From Promethearchaeati archaeon (lineage in GTDB: Archaea; Asgardarchaeota; Heimdallarchaeia; JABLTI01): a DNA stretch of 17,123 nucleotides. The DNA lies in the NCBI GenBank assembly GCA_013166835.1, contig JABLTI010000058.1, positions 1-17,123 on the forward strand, in the 5' to 3' direction. Below are positions 1-7,491 of the stretch, piece by piece (the first letter of the stretch is position 1; each line of letters begins with the position of its first letter). The translations under genes and the position numbers were made by a program. The notes beneath the pieces were generated by a model. It was given only the letters and a program-made list of their open reading frames with translations. It did no database searches and was not told where the DNA came from.

Positions 1-294
1 TAGTTTGAGAAGAGAAGTGTTGCCAAGTAACATTGTAGTATCAAAATAACCTCTGAAAAATACTAATTGATCTTTTACTAATCTCTCAACATCAAGATTC
101 TGTTTAGCAATATCAATTATTTCTTGAGCTCTATCAGATGCCGGGAGAACATGACCTCTGATATATCGATTGAGAACAACTTTCGAGTAACCCATAATCT
201 TACTGAGCTCTTCATAGGAGTGATATTTCTTCAGCATGCGCAAGAGCTCAATTGAGCGAATGCGTTTTTTAACATCATCAAGATAATTAGTCGT
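1..294 (-). CDS. HTH-containing phosphoribosyltransferase family protein (archaeal APRT/PurR-like), 3' end outside window
   Basis: Not in the ORF track. Manual translation is open to the window edge: (T/M)TNYLDDVKKRIRSIELLRMLKKYHSYEELSKIMGYSKVVLNRYIRGHVLPASDRAQEII...GYFDTTMLLGNTSLLKL. The LLRxLKKxxxYEELSxxxGxxxxVLNRYIRGHVLP pattern matches the N-terminal HTH of archaeal PRTases. GGAGGT lies 8 nt before an ACG codon at 294. The PRTase domain itself would be outside the window. Confidence 0.8.
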
Positions 295-525
295 TCTCTT
301 TTACCTCCTCTCTTCATTTATCAGTATTTTTTAGTTGGATATCTTAGTAATAATACTAGTAGCTTAATGGAATATTAATCTAATCTTAGACTTCTATTCT
401 CAAACCTATTATTCGTCCTCAAATCGACTGAAACTACAAAAGAATCCAGTTAGATTTATTTGATGCTCCCTAATCTTTTTATTTTCAGAGAGATAGTTTT
501 GAAAAAGAATCAAGTTGTGATATTT

Positions 526-1695
526 ATGTTTGAAGGGCATGACGAATTACGCAAAAAAGAATTTCCACAATTAATGGATAGAGTGTGGTTGAGTAGTGCA
601 GCTTTTACTCCTCATGCAAAATCTGTTGTAGAAGCAATGACCCAATTTATTGACTATTTTCATGATCCTACTATTGGTAAGGATGTTCAGGAATTGTTTG
701 ATGATGTAAATACTGGCACATATAATGGTGCTGCAAAATTATTGAAGTGTAATCCTGAAGATATATCTCTAATCATTAATACTGCTCATGGCTTGAATTT
801 CCCACTTCATGGTTTAGATTGGGAGAAGGGAGACAATGTTGTTACTTCGGAATTAGAATTCCCAACTAACTATTTGCCATGGAAGTATCTAAGTAAACGA
901 AAGAGCGTTGAATTTCGAGCTGCGAAAATCAATGAAAAACTACAGATTTCTGAAGATGAAATTATTTCATTAATTGATGATAAAACAAAGCTTGTATCAC
1001 TTTCTTTGGTTCAATTTAATAATGGGCAAAGGGTTGATGCGAAGAAAATAGCTAAAGTCGCTCATGAGAATGGTGCATTAGTTGCTTTAGATGCAATTCA
1101 AGCATGTGGGGGGGTTGAAGTTTATCCAAAAGAAATGGATGTAGATTTTGTAACAGCTGGTGGTCCGAAATTCCTTATGGCGCCACTTGGTATAGGTGTG
1201 TGTTATATTAGTCCAAGAGCTCTCGAGACAATAGAACCTCCACTACAAGGTACAGGGAATTATGATTTCACAGATCAGAATTGGATGGATAGAAACAAGA
1301 GCTATCACAAAGGAGCTAAAAGATTCGAAAATGGAACAGTACCGTTTTATTGTGTTGCTGGATTGAAAGCAGCATTAGAGCTCATTAATTCTGTTGGGAT
1401 TGAGACAGTTGCCAAACATAATCATGGTTTAATACAACAATTAATCGAAGGAATTGTCGATCAAGGATTAACCACTATCACTCCTCATGAACCAGAGAGA
1501 AGAGGAGCGTTAATCAACGTTCGTGTAGACGAGAAGAAGGATTTGAAGAAAATCGTAGAGATTCTTGAAGAGAAATACAGAGTAACTGTTACAAACAGAT
1601 TTGGTGGCTTAAGATTCGCTGCACAACTGTATAATACAGAAAAACATATTCAAACAGCCTTATCATCGTTGAAAGAAGTGCTAGCTAAGGTTTAA
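526..1695 (+). CDS. Aminotransferase class V-fold PLP-dependent enzyme (cysteine desulfurase/lyase-like)
   Basis: Motifs LSSAAFTP, NTAHGLN, EFPTNYLPW, SLVQFNNG, DAIQACG, GGPKFLMAPLG (PLP lysine), RFENGT and LYNT. ATG at 526 is a more plausible start than TTG at 460. Confidence 0.9.
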   Translation: MFEGHDELRKKEFPQLMDRVWLSSAAFTPHAKSVVEAMTQFIDYFHDPTIGKDVQELFDDVNTGTYNGAAKLLKCNPEDISLIINTAHGLNFPLHGLDWEKGDNVVTSELEFPTNYLPWKYLSKRKSVEFRAAKINEKLQISEDEIISLIDDKTKLVSLSLVQFNNGQRVDAKKIAKVAHENGALVALDAIQACGGVEVYPKEMDVDFVTAGGPKFLMAPLGIGVCYISPRALETIEPPLQGTGNYDFTDQNWMDRNKSYHKGAKRFENGTVPFYCVAGLKAALELINSVGIETVAKHNHGLIQQLIEGIVDQGLTTITPHEPERRGALINVRVDEKKDLKKIVEILEEKYRVTVTNRFGGLRFAAQLYNTEKHIQTALSSLKEVLAKV

Positions 1696-1808
1696 CACTC
1701 ATTTCTTTATTTGATTACATTTTTAGATAGAATTGCCACATGATAGTATATTGGATGCAAATTACATTTATATGAAAATTTCCTTAGTTTATTGATAGTG
1801 GGTTTCTT

Positions 1809-2720
1809 ATGAAAGAAAAAATAGAAATAAACACGATGATTGCGAGAAATGTTTATTCTACTGAATCATTTCAATTCGTAAAGATAGTTCTCAAGAACAT
1901 ATATGACTTTGAGGTTCCTGAAAAAGCAAAGGAAATTCACATACAAAACAAATTGTATGATTATACGGACGAATTCAGGTTATTTAAGTACAAAGAACAA
2001 GGAGTGAAATATCATTCCTACTACAAAATCCACGAAAAAGATTCATCCATTCCCGCATTTTATTCAATATCTAATGAATCATTTGGTTTTCCTGATTACT
2101 GGATTAAATTCACAATAAGTTCTCAAGAAGGATTAATTCTTGAATTAAAATCAAAGGATAAAAAGCTGATTGAAAAAACAATTGCCTTGTTTGATACGGA
2201 ATTTGCCTATTGTCGAAAACAATCCCAAGATGAAATATTCGATGAACTAATCCATGAGATTCGAACTCATGCAACTGAAGATGATGGTGAAATTGGGATC
2301 AAAAAAGGTCTGAAAGCAATTGAAATTTATCCTCAAGATTTTTGGGCTCGATTCTATCTTGGTTGTTCTTTAGCTCTTAACGGACAACATGAAAAAGCAA
2401 TTGAGCATTTACTATTGGCTACTCGTTTAGATCCAAAAAATTATGATGCTTTCTACAATCTTGCGAAAACATATCTTGAACTTAAAGAATTAGTTAGTGC
2501 AAAAGATGCAATGTTGAAAGCACATAAACTTGCGAAGAAAAATCATGCTATAAACTATTATTTGGCTGTTATTTTCGAAAAACTTGATGAAAAGAAAGAA
2601 GCGGAAAAATATTATCAAATCGCAATTAAAATATCTCCAGAAAAACAACCTAAAACAAAACGTCATATTCAAAGCTTTTTGAAAAAAGCAGAAAAAGGAT
2701 TACTTAGAGTAACAAAATAA
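1809..2720 (+). CDS. Tetratricopeptide repeat protein with an uncharacterised N-terminal domain
   Basis: The C-terminal half has about 3-4 TPR units (ARFYLGCSLALNGQHEKAIEHLLLATRLDP; AFYNLAKTYLELKELVSA; NYYLAVIFEKLDEKKEAEKYYQIAIKISP). Confidence 0.85.
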   Translation: MKEKIEINTMIARNVYSTESFQFVKIVLKNIYDFEVPEKAKEIHIQNKLYDYTDEFRLFKYKEQGVKYHSYYKIHEKDSSIPAFYSISNESFGFPDYWIKFTISSQEGLILELKSKDKKLIEKTIALFDTEFAYCRKQSQDEIFDELIHEIRTHATEDDGEIGIKKGLKAIEIYPQDFWARFYLGCSLALNGQHEKAIEHLLLATRLDPKNYDAFYNLAKTYLELKELVSAKDAMLKAHKLAKKNHAINYYLAVIFEKLDEKKEAEKYYQIAIKISPEKQPKTKRHIQSFLKKAEKGLLRVTK

Positions 2721-2751
2721 CAAAGAAAAACAAATGATGAGGGATCATAGA

Positions 2752-3150
2752 TTATTCTATCCCTCGTAAATCAGTATGAGATAAATATTTGTTTTGAACG
2801 CTTTTACTCAAATCTCCAATATTGGAATCAGATAATTCAACAAGTGGAGCGTTAGCGCCAATTCTTTCTCCTGAAGCGAGTTGTATCCCAAATCGACTGA
2901 GAGAATCAGCACGCCTTCGAGCAGTTCTTTGTGTGACTATACCTGATCCTTGAGCATAAATCAGTGTCCATTTTTCTTCAGCGCCATCAAAAAGTAAAAC
3001 CGCATCAGAACCACTTTGACTTGCATAGGTTTCTAATTTAGAAGGTTCTTCTGTTAGATATGAGAAATATTGCTCTACCATATCTGATTTGTCAACTACA
3101 GTGAATTCATCTCTTTCTCTATGATAAGTAAAACAGTGTCGTTTACCCAA
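2752..3150 (-). CDS. Small hypothetical protein, possible divergent gelsolin-like fold
   Basis: 132-aa ORF with a TTG start and an AGGAG SD at 3163-3167. The segment DAVLLFDGAEEKWTLIYAQGSGIVTQRTARRRADSL resembles the strand-strand-helix core of gelsolin repeats. The CDS is likely real; the fold call is tentative. Confidence 0.6.
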   Translation of the reverse strand: MGKRHCFTYHRERDEFTVVDKSDMVEQYFSYLTEEPSKLETYASQSGSDAVLLFDGAEEKWTLIYAQGSGIVTQRTARRRADSLSRFGIQLASGERIGANAPLVELSDSNIGDLSKSVQNKYLSHTDLRGIE

Positions 3151-3335
3151 GTTTAATCAGATCTCCTTTTTGTTTTTATAAATTGCAATTTTCGTTGCTT
3201 TGACTCCGGCTAAGTCCATGTGTCAATAGTAAATATTATTTCCAAATTTCCCTTTTTAAGTCTTTGATTTAGGTAAATTTGTAACAAAAAAAATTAACAC
3301 TGAAATTTTTCAGAGTCTCAGAAATTTGTTCTTCC

Positions 3336-3674
3336 TTATAGATATGTAATTCTGTTTTTAACAGCATCATATATTGCATCTTTAAATCTCATATGCTTTT
3401 CAAGATGATTTCGTATACATGCTCTTGATTTGTGGAAATACTCATTATGTTCTTCGCAAAACAGTAATCTTTCTTGGTTTTTGAAAGGGTTACTACATTC
3501 CGAACAGATTTTTTCTTGTATTTCAACATAACAAGTAAAATGAACAGCTAGTTCATTATTATCAATATCAGAAATGAATACTAGATCTTGTTCATTAATT
3601 ATTTCATTACAAATGGCACATTTGCGAATATCACTTGCTTTCTTATTTGAGAGACCTATATTATCATCTTGCAA
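3336..3674 (-). CDS. Cys/His-rich double zinc-finger protein
   Basis: Pattern CxxC-x22-HxxC-x8-CxxC-x12-CxxH-x4-H-x4-C-x3-H. A GGTGA SD sits 7 nt before TTG at 3674 (the ORF track start is 3698). Confidence 0.75.
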   Translation of the reverse strand: MQDDNIGLSNKKASDIRKCAICNEIINEQDLVFISDIDNNELAVHFTCYVEIQEKICSECSNPFKNQERLLFCEEHNEYFHKSRACIRNHLEKHMRFKDAIYDAVKNRITYL

Positions 3675-3854
3675 GTTAAATTCACCTTTTTTTATCAAAT
3701 TATCTTACAAGAGGAGATATGTTTCTGATGTATTAAAAGGAATAATTAAAGGGAGACCACCGAAGGTATTCAAATAATTATCAATAAGAAAGGAATAGAT
3801 ATTAATTCGAACTTTCAGCGAAAAAATGTTAAAAATCTATATCATAGTCTTCAC

Positions 3855-3870
3855 AAAGATTTTTAAATAA
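3855..3870 (+). promoter_or_regulatory. Putative archaeal BRE/TATA promoter for rps12-rps7
   Basis: Purine-rich AAAGA followed by TTTTTAAATAA about 55 nt upstream of the rps12 ATG. The AT-rich background lowers certainty. Confidence 0.45.
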
Positions 3871-3922
3871 TCTTGGAACGCTCAAGTAACAGTATAATAA
3901 ATATTTATTGGTGTAAAAAAAC

Positions 3923-4366
3923 ATGCCAGGTAGTAAAGCCCCTAGAGGCGAATACGCGGGACGACAATTAAAAAAGAAACGTAAGAAGTTCCGTTGGAAA
4001 GATATTTACTACAAGAGAAAAATGTTAGGATTAGATAAGAAAGCTGACCCTCTTGCAGCAGCCCCACAAGCATCGGGAATTGTAGTAGAAAAATATGGGG
4101 TAGAATCCAAACAACCTAACTCAGCTCTTCGTAAATGTGTACGTGTCCAACTCATTAAAAATGGTAAACAAATAGGAGCTTTTGTCCCACTTGACGGTGG
4201 ATTAACCCACATTGCTGAACACGATCGTGTTATCGTTGAAGGTATTGGTGGTGCAAAAGGTGGTGCCAAGGGTGACCTTCCGGGCATCAAGTGGCGTGTT
4301 TCTAAAGTCAATGGTGTTGCTCTTTCAAGTTTAGTGTATGGCAAAAAAGAGAAGCCAGTAAGATAG
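3923..4366 (+). CDS. rps12: 30S ribosomal protein uS12 (archaeal S12/S23 type)
   Basis: [25 protein letters not shown]; [20 protein letters not shown]; [15 protein letters not shown]. Confidence 0.98.
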   Translation: MPGSKAPRGEYAGRQLKKKRKKFRWKDIYYKRKMLGLDKKADPLAAAPQASGIVVEKYGVESKQPNSALRKCVRVQLIKNGKQIGAFVPLDGGLTHIAEHDRVIVEGIGGAKGGAKGDLPGIKWRVSKVNGVALSSLVYGKKEKPVR

Positions 4367-4376
4367 GTGTATGAAT

Positions 4377-4760
4377 ATGTCTAAATCAACAAAAGAAAAG
4401 GACGCTAAGAAAACAAAGGCAGATTCTAAGAAGAAAAAGGCAGCTGCTGCCAAAGATGATAAAGCTGCAAAAAAGGCAACTAAAGCAACTACTACTAAAG
4501 CAAAGAAGAAAGAAGACCCAAAGAAGAAAGTCACACCTACAAAAGAGAAGAAAGAAACCAAAACTACTCCCGCAAAAGAAATTAAAGCTAAAAAACCTGC
4601 TGAATCTAAAAAAGACGCTGCTCCCAAAACTGCTCCAAAGAAAGAAACAGCAAAAGTTGAAAAACCAAAAACAGCTCCTAAAGCTAAAAAACCAGAAGCT
4701 GTAACTCCCAAACCAGCTCCAAAAGCTGCCAAACCAAAAACTCCTCCAAAAGAAGATAAG
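4377..4760 (+). repeat. Low-complexity coding region with imperfect PK(T/P)APK / TPxK repeats
   Basis: Recurring DNA units such as aaaactgctccaaag, aaaacagctcctaaag, ccagctccaaaag and aaaactcctccaaaag. By hand count, 47 of the first 130 residues of the 4371-start ORF are Lys. Confidence 0.8.
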
Positions 4761-5351
4761 GAAGAAGTTGAGGTTATACCAATTTTTGATAACATAATGC
4801 TATTCAATCAATGGACCTATCAAGATCTAACAGTTGTTGATCCTGGGATAAAAGCTTACATCAGCTTAAGACCAGTAGTTACTCCTCACACTGGAGGACG
4901 GTATGCCCATCAAAGATTTAAGAAAGCTGAAATGCCTATTGTCGAAAGATTAGTAAATAAATTGATGAAAACCAAAAAAGGAACAGGTAGAAAAGAAAGA
5001 ATGATTAAATCTGTTCGAGTAGCTTTTGACATTATTAACTTACAAACAGGTAAGAATCCAATCCAAGTTCTCATTGATGCTATTCAGAATGCTGCCCCTC
5101 GAGAAGAAGTCACTCGAATCACCTATGGTGGTATGGCTCAACTACAATCTGTAGATGTTGCTCCAATGAGAAGAGTAGATATAGCTTTAACAAATATTGT
5201 AGAAGGTGTATACAAGAAATCCTTCAACAATATTCTCACAGCTGAAGAAATTCTTGCACGTGAATTAATTGATGCCGCTGATAACAAACCTGCAAGCTTT
5301 GCAATTGGTAAAATGCTAGAAATAGAACGAATTGCTCTCAGTGCAAGATAA
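4377..5351 (+). CDS. rps7: 30S ribosomal protein uS7 with a long Lys/Ala/Pro-rich N-terminal extension
   Basis: Core motifs LFNQW, PHTGGRYAHQRFKKAEMPIVERLVNKLM, NPIQVLIDAIQNAAPREE, SVDVAPMRRVDIAL and ERIALSAR. Directly downstream of rps12. The GGTG SD favours ATG 4377 (alternative 4371). Confidence 0.97.
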   Translation: MSKSTKEKDAKKTKADSKKKKAAAAKDDKAAKKATKATTTKAKKKEDPKKKVTPTKEKKETKTTPAKEIKAKKPAESKKDAAPKTAPKKETAKVEKPKTAPKAKKPEAVTPKPAPKAAKPKTPPKEDKEEVEVIPIFDNIMLFNQWTYQDLTVVDPGIKAYISLRPVVTPHTGGRYAHQRFKKAEMPIVERLVNKLMKTKKGTGRKERMIKSVRVAFDIINLQTGKNPIQVLIDAIQNAAPREEVTRITYGGMAQLQSVDVAPMRRVDIALTNIVEGVYKKSFNNILTAEEILARELIDAADNKPASFAIGKMLEIERIALSAR

Positions 5352-5368
5352 TTAATTCATAAAAATTA

Positions 5369-5398
5369 GCCCTTCGGGGCATCTATTTTATTTTTTAT
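5369..5398 (+). terminator. Hairpin plus T-tract terminator after rps7
   Basis: GCCC-TTCG-GGGC (cUUCGg tetraloop) at 5369-5380, followed by atctattttattttttat. Confidence 0.7.
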
Positions 5399-5516
5399 AA
5401 TTTATATCTATATTCGTTTTGTTTTCATTTAGTATCCTAATTTCTTTTATTATCAAAATAATAATTAATAAACGGGTAATCTAATAGAATCAATAAGAAA
5501 AGTAGGTGTCATTAAA

Positions 5517-5813
5517 ATGGATTATCAGGTTCTTTCCACTATACTAGGTGATTCTATTCAAGTGAAAATCGTTGAGTTCTTCATCATAAATAACACAGGA
5601 ATGTATCAACTAACAGAAATTGCCCGTATTTTAGGTATATCACATTCTCGAGTTCATGACCTGATCGATTCATTAGTGAAAATGCGAATTATACTAGAAA
5701 CTCGCTCGAAACGAAATCGATTGTTTGAGTTAAACAAAGATCATCCGATCACTAAACAACTGAGTGAACTATACAAAATAACGAGAGCATATTTGGTAGC
5801 AAGTCAGTATTAA
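5517..5813 (+). CDS. Winged helix-turn-helix transcriptional regulator (ArsR/MarR/TrmB-like)
   Basis: LSTILGDSIQVKIVEFF...LTEIARILGISHSRVHDLIDSLVKMRII...RLFELN; AGGTG SD upstream. Confidence 0.85.
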   Translation: MDYQVLSTILGDSIQVKIVEFFIINNTGMYQLTEIARILGISHSRVHDLIDSLVKMRIILETRSKRNRLFELNKDHPITKQLSELYKITRAYLVASQY

Positions 5814-5861
5814 GATAAAATTGATAATTGGCAAATTCTAATATTTGTATGAGTGATTAGA

Positions 5862-6605
5862 ATGAGTATGGAAGATAGAGAAAAACGCAACTTTCTTATG
5901 GAGCTAACAACTGATGCCCAATCCTTAATGTATCAAGGAAAGAAAAAAGAAGCACTAGAGTGCTATGATAAAATATTAGCTAAATATCCTGATGATATAA
6001 CTGTAATCTATGGAAAAGGTATGATTTATTTTGAATTCGATGATTTAAAAGAAGCAATTGTTTGTTTTAATAAAGCAATTGAGATTAATCCTGAAGATAT
6101 TGATTCATTATATGCGAAAGGTGCCATCTTAAGCTCTTTAGGTAAAAATGATGAAGCAATTGAGCTTTTTGATACTGTGATAAAACACGATACAAAATTT
6201 GTAATTGCTTGGCTAGCAAAAGGATATGCATTATTGAATATAGAAAAATCAGAAGAAGCATTACAGTGTTTTGTAGAAATAGAGAAACTTGGAAGAAAAG
6301 AAGTAGCATTAAGTGGAAAAGGGCATGCATTAAGGAAATTAAATGAGCTAGAAAAAGCTACAAAATCTTATCAAGAAGCAATCAAAATAGATCCATATGA
6401 CCCCGAGGCTTTATTTGGATTAGGAATGATTGCTTACAAAAATGAGAATCTCAAAAGTGCAACTAAATTTCTTTATCGAAGTGTTATACAAGATGATGAT
6501 AATTTAGAAGCTTGGGAAATATTGGCTGAAATTTATAAGAAGACAAATGATGTTGAAAAAGAAAAAGCAGCTTTAACTAAAATCTCTGAATTGAAAGAAA
6601 AATGA
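5862..6605 (+). CDS. Tetratricopeptide repeat protein
   Basis: About 7 TPR units (ALECYDKILAKYP; GKGMIYFEFDDLKEAIVCFNKAIEINP; AWLAKGYALL; YQEAIKIDP). The start could be 5853, 5862 or 5868. Confidence 0.9.
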   Translation: MSMEDREKRNFLMELTTDAQSLMYQGKKKEALECYDKILAKYPDDITVIYGKGMIYFEFDDLKEAIVCFNKAIEINPEDIDSLYAKGAILSSLGKNDEAIELFDTVIKHDTKFVIAWLAKGYALLNIEKSEEALQCFVEIEKLGRKEVALSGKGHALRKLNELEKATKSYQEAIKIDPYDPEALFGLGMIAYKNENLKSATKFLYRSVIQDDDNLEAWEILAEIYKKTNDVEKEKAALTKISELKEK

Positions 6606-6730
6606 ATTCTATCTAAGTAAATCCTCGGTAAATTTATTTCTCAAAGGTCTTTTTCAGCATGCTCGCAAAACTTATCTTTTACTAAAACAGTTTTAAATTG
6701 GAAATTACTTTCCAAGGAAAAAAGACGAAT

Positions 6731-7420
6731 ATGTTTGTAGTAAAAATTGGTGGATCAATATTATTTGATAAAGAAAACCAAATTAATGATAAACTGATTT
6801 CAAAATATGCAAAAACCATTCGAAATGTAATAAATAATACTGAGAAAAAATGTTCAATAATTGTGGGTGGAGGGAAACTAGCAAGAAAATATATAGATAT
6901 AGCTCGAAAGTATGGAGCTTCCGAAGAGGCTAGTGATATTATTGGTATAGAATCTGCTAAACTAAATGCTCGATTACTAATCTCAGCATTAGGCGAGAGT
7001 GCTTATCCCACTCCCCCAAACAACTTAGAGGAATTTCAGGAATTTTTCAAGCAAACCAGGAAGGTGATTGTTTGTGGTGGATTCAAACCAGGTCAGTCCA
7101 CAAATGCTGTTGCAGCATCGATAGCTGAAACAACAAATGCTGAGAAACTGATTAATCTCACAAATGTTGAAGGTGTTTATTCAGATGATCCTGGAAAAAA
7201 TCCGGAAGCAAAATTACTTGACAAAATTACAATTGCTGAGCTAGAAACAATGATGTCAAAACATCAAATCAAAGCCGGTTATTACCCTCTATTCGATCCT
7301 ACAGCTATTCAAATAGTCAAACGCTCGAAAATTCCATTACAATTCGCAAGTGGTCATAATCCAGAAAACCTGACTAAAATTATTTCTGGAGCAAAGATTG
7401 GAACAACTGTAATCTTCTGA
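6731..7420 (+). CDS. pyrH: UMP kinase (archaeal type)
   Basis: VVKIGGS, IVGGGKLARKYI, DIIGI, GGFKPGQSTNAVA, TNVEGVYSDDP, FDPTA and GT near the C-terminus. ATG 6731 matches the family N-terminus (the track start is TTG 6698). Confidence 0.95.
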   Translation: MFVVKIGGSILFDKENQINDKLISKYAKTIRNVINNTEKKCSIIVGGGKLARKYIDIARKYGASEEASDIIGIESAKLNARLLISALGESAYPTPPNNLEEFQEFFKQTRKVIVCGGFKPGQSTNAVAASIAETTNAEKLINLTNVEGVYSDDPGKNPEAKLLDKITIAELETMMSKHQIKAGYYPLFDPTAIQIVKRSKIPLQFASGHNPENLTKIISGAKIGTTVIF

Positions 7421-7432
7421 TTACAAATATCC

Positions 7433-7481
7433 CCTTCAATTACTACAGAATACTCATTTTCCTTGGAGAAATAATTGAAGG
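7433..7481 (+). promoter_or_regulatory. 10-bp inverted repeat overlapping the putative RBS of the nuclease gene
   Basis: CCTTCAATTA (7433-7442) and TAATTGAAGG (7472-7481), separated by a 29-nt spacer. Confidence 0.45.
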
Positions 7482-7491
7482 ACGTTAAACT

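Noticed and set aside
3574-3777. 67-aa + strand ORF
   Set aside because: Overlaps the better-supported Zn-finger gene antisense, and has no SD or motif.
4009-4807. Antisense ORFs 4009-4344 and 4331-4807 (hydrophobic, F/A/L-rich) and alternate-frame ORF 4456-4704
   Set aside because: By-products of rps12 and the Lys/Ala low-complexity codons of rps7.
5447-5464. TTATTAT-caaa-ATAATAA palindrome upstream of the wHTH gene
   Set aside because: Purely A/T in a very AT-rich gap, so expected by chance; it cannot be supported as an operator.
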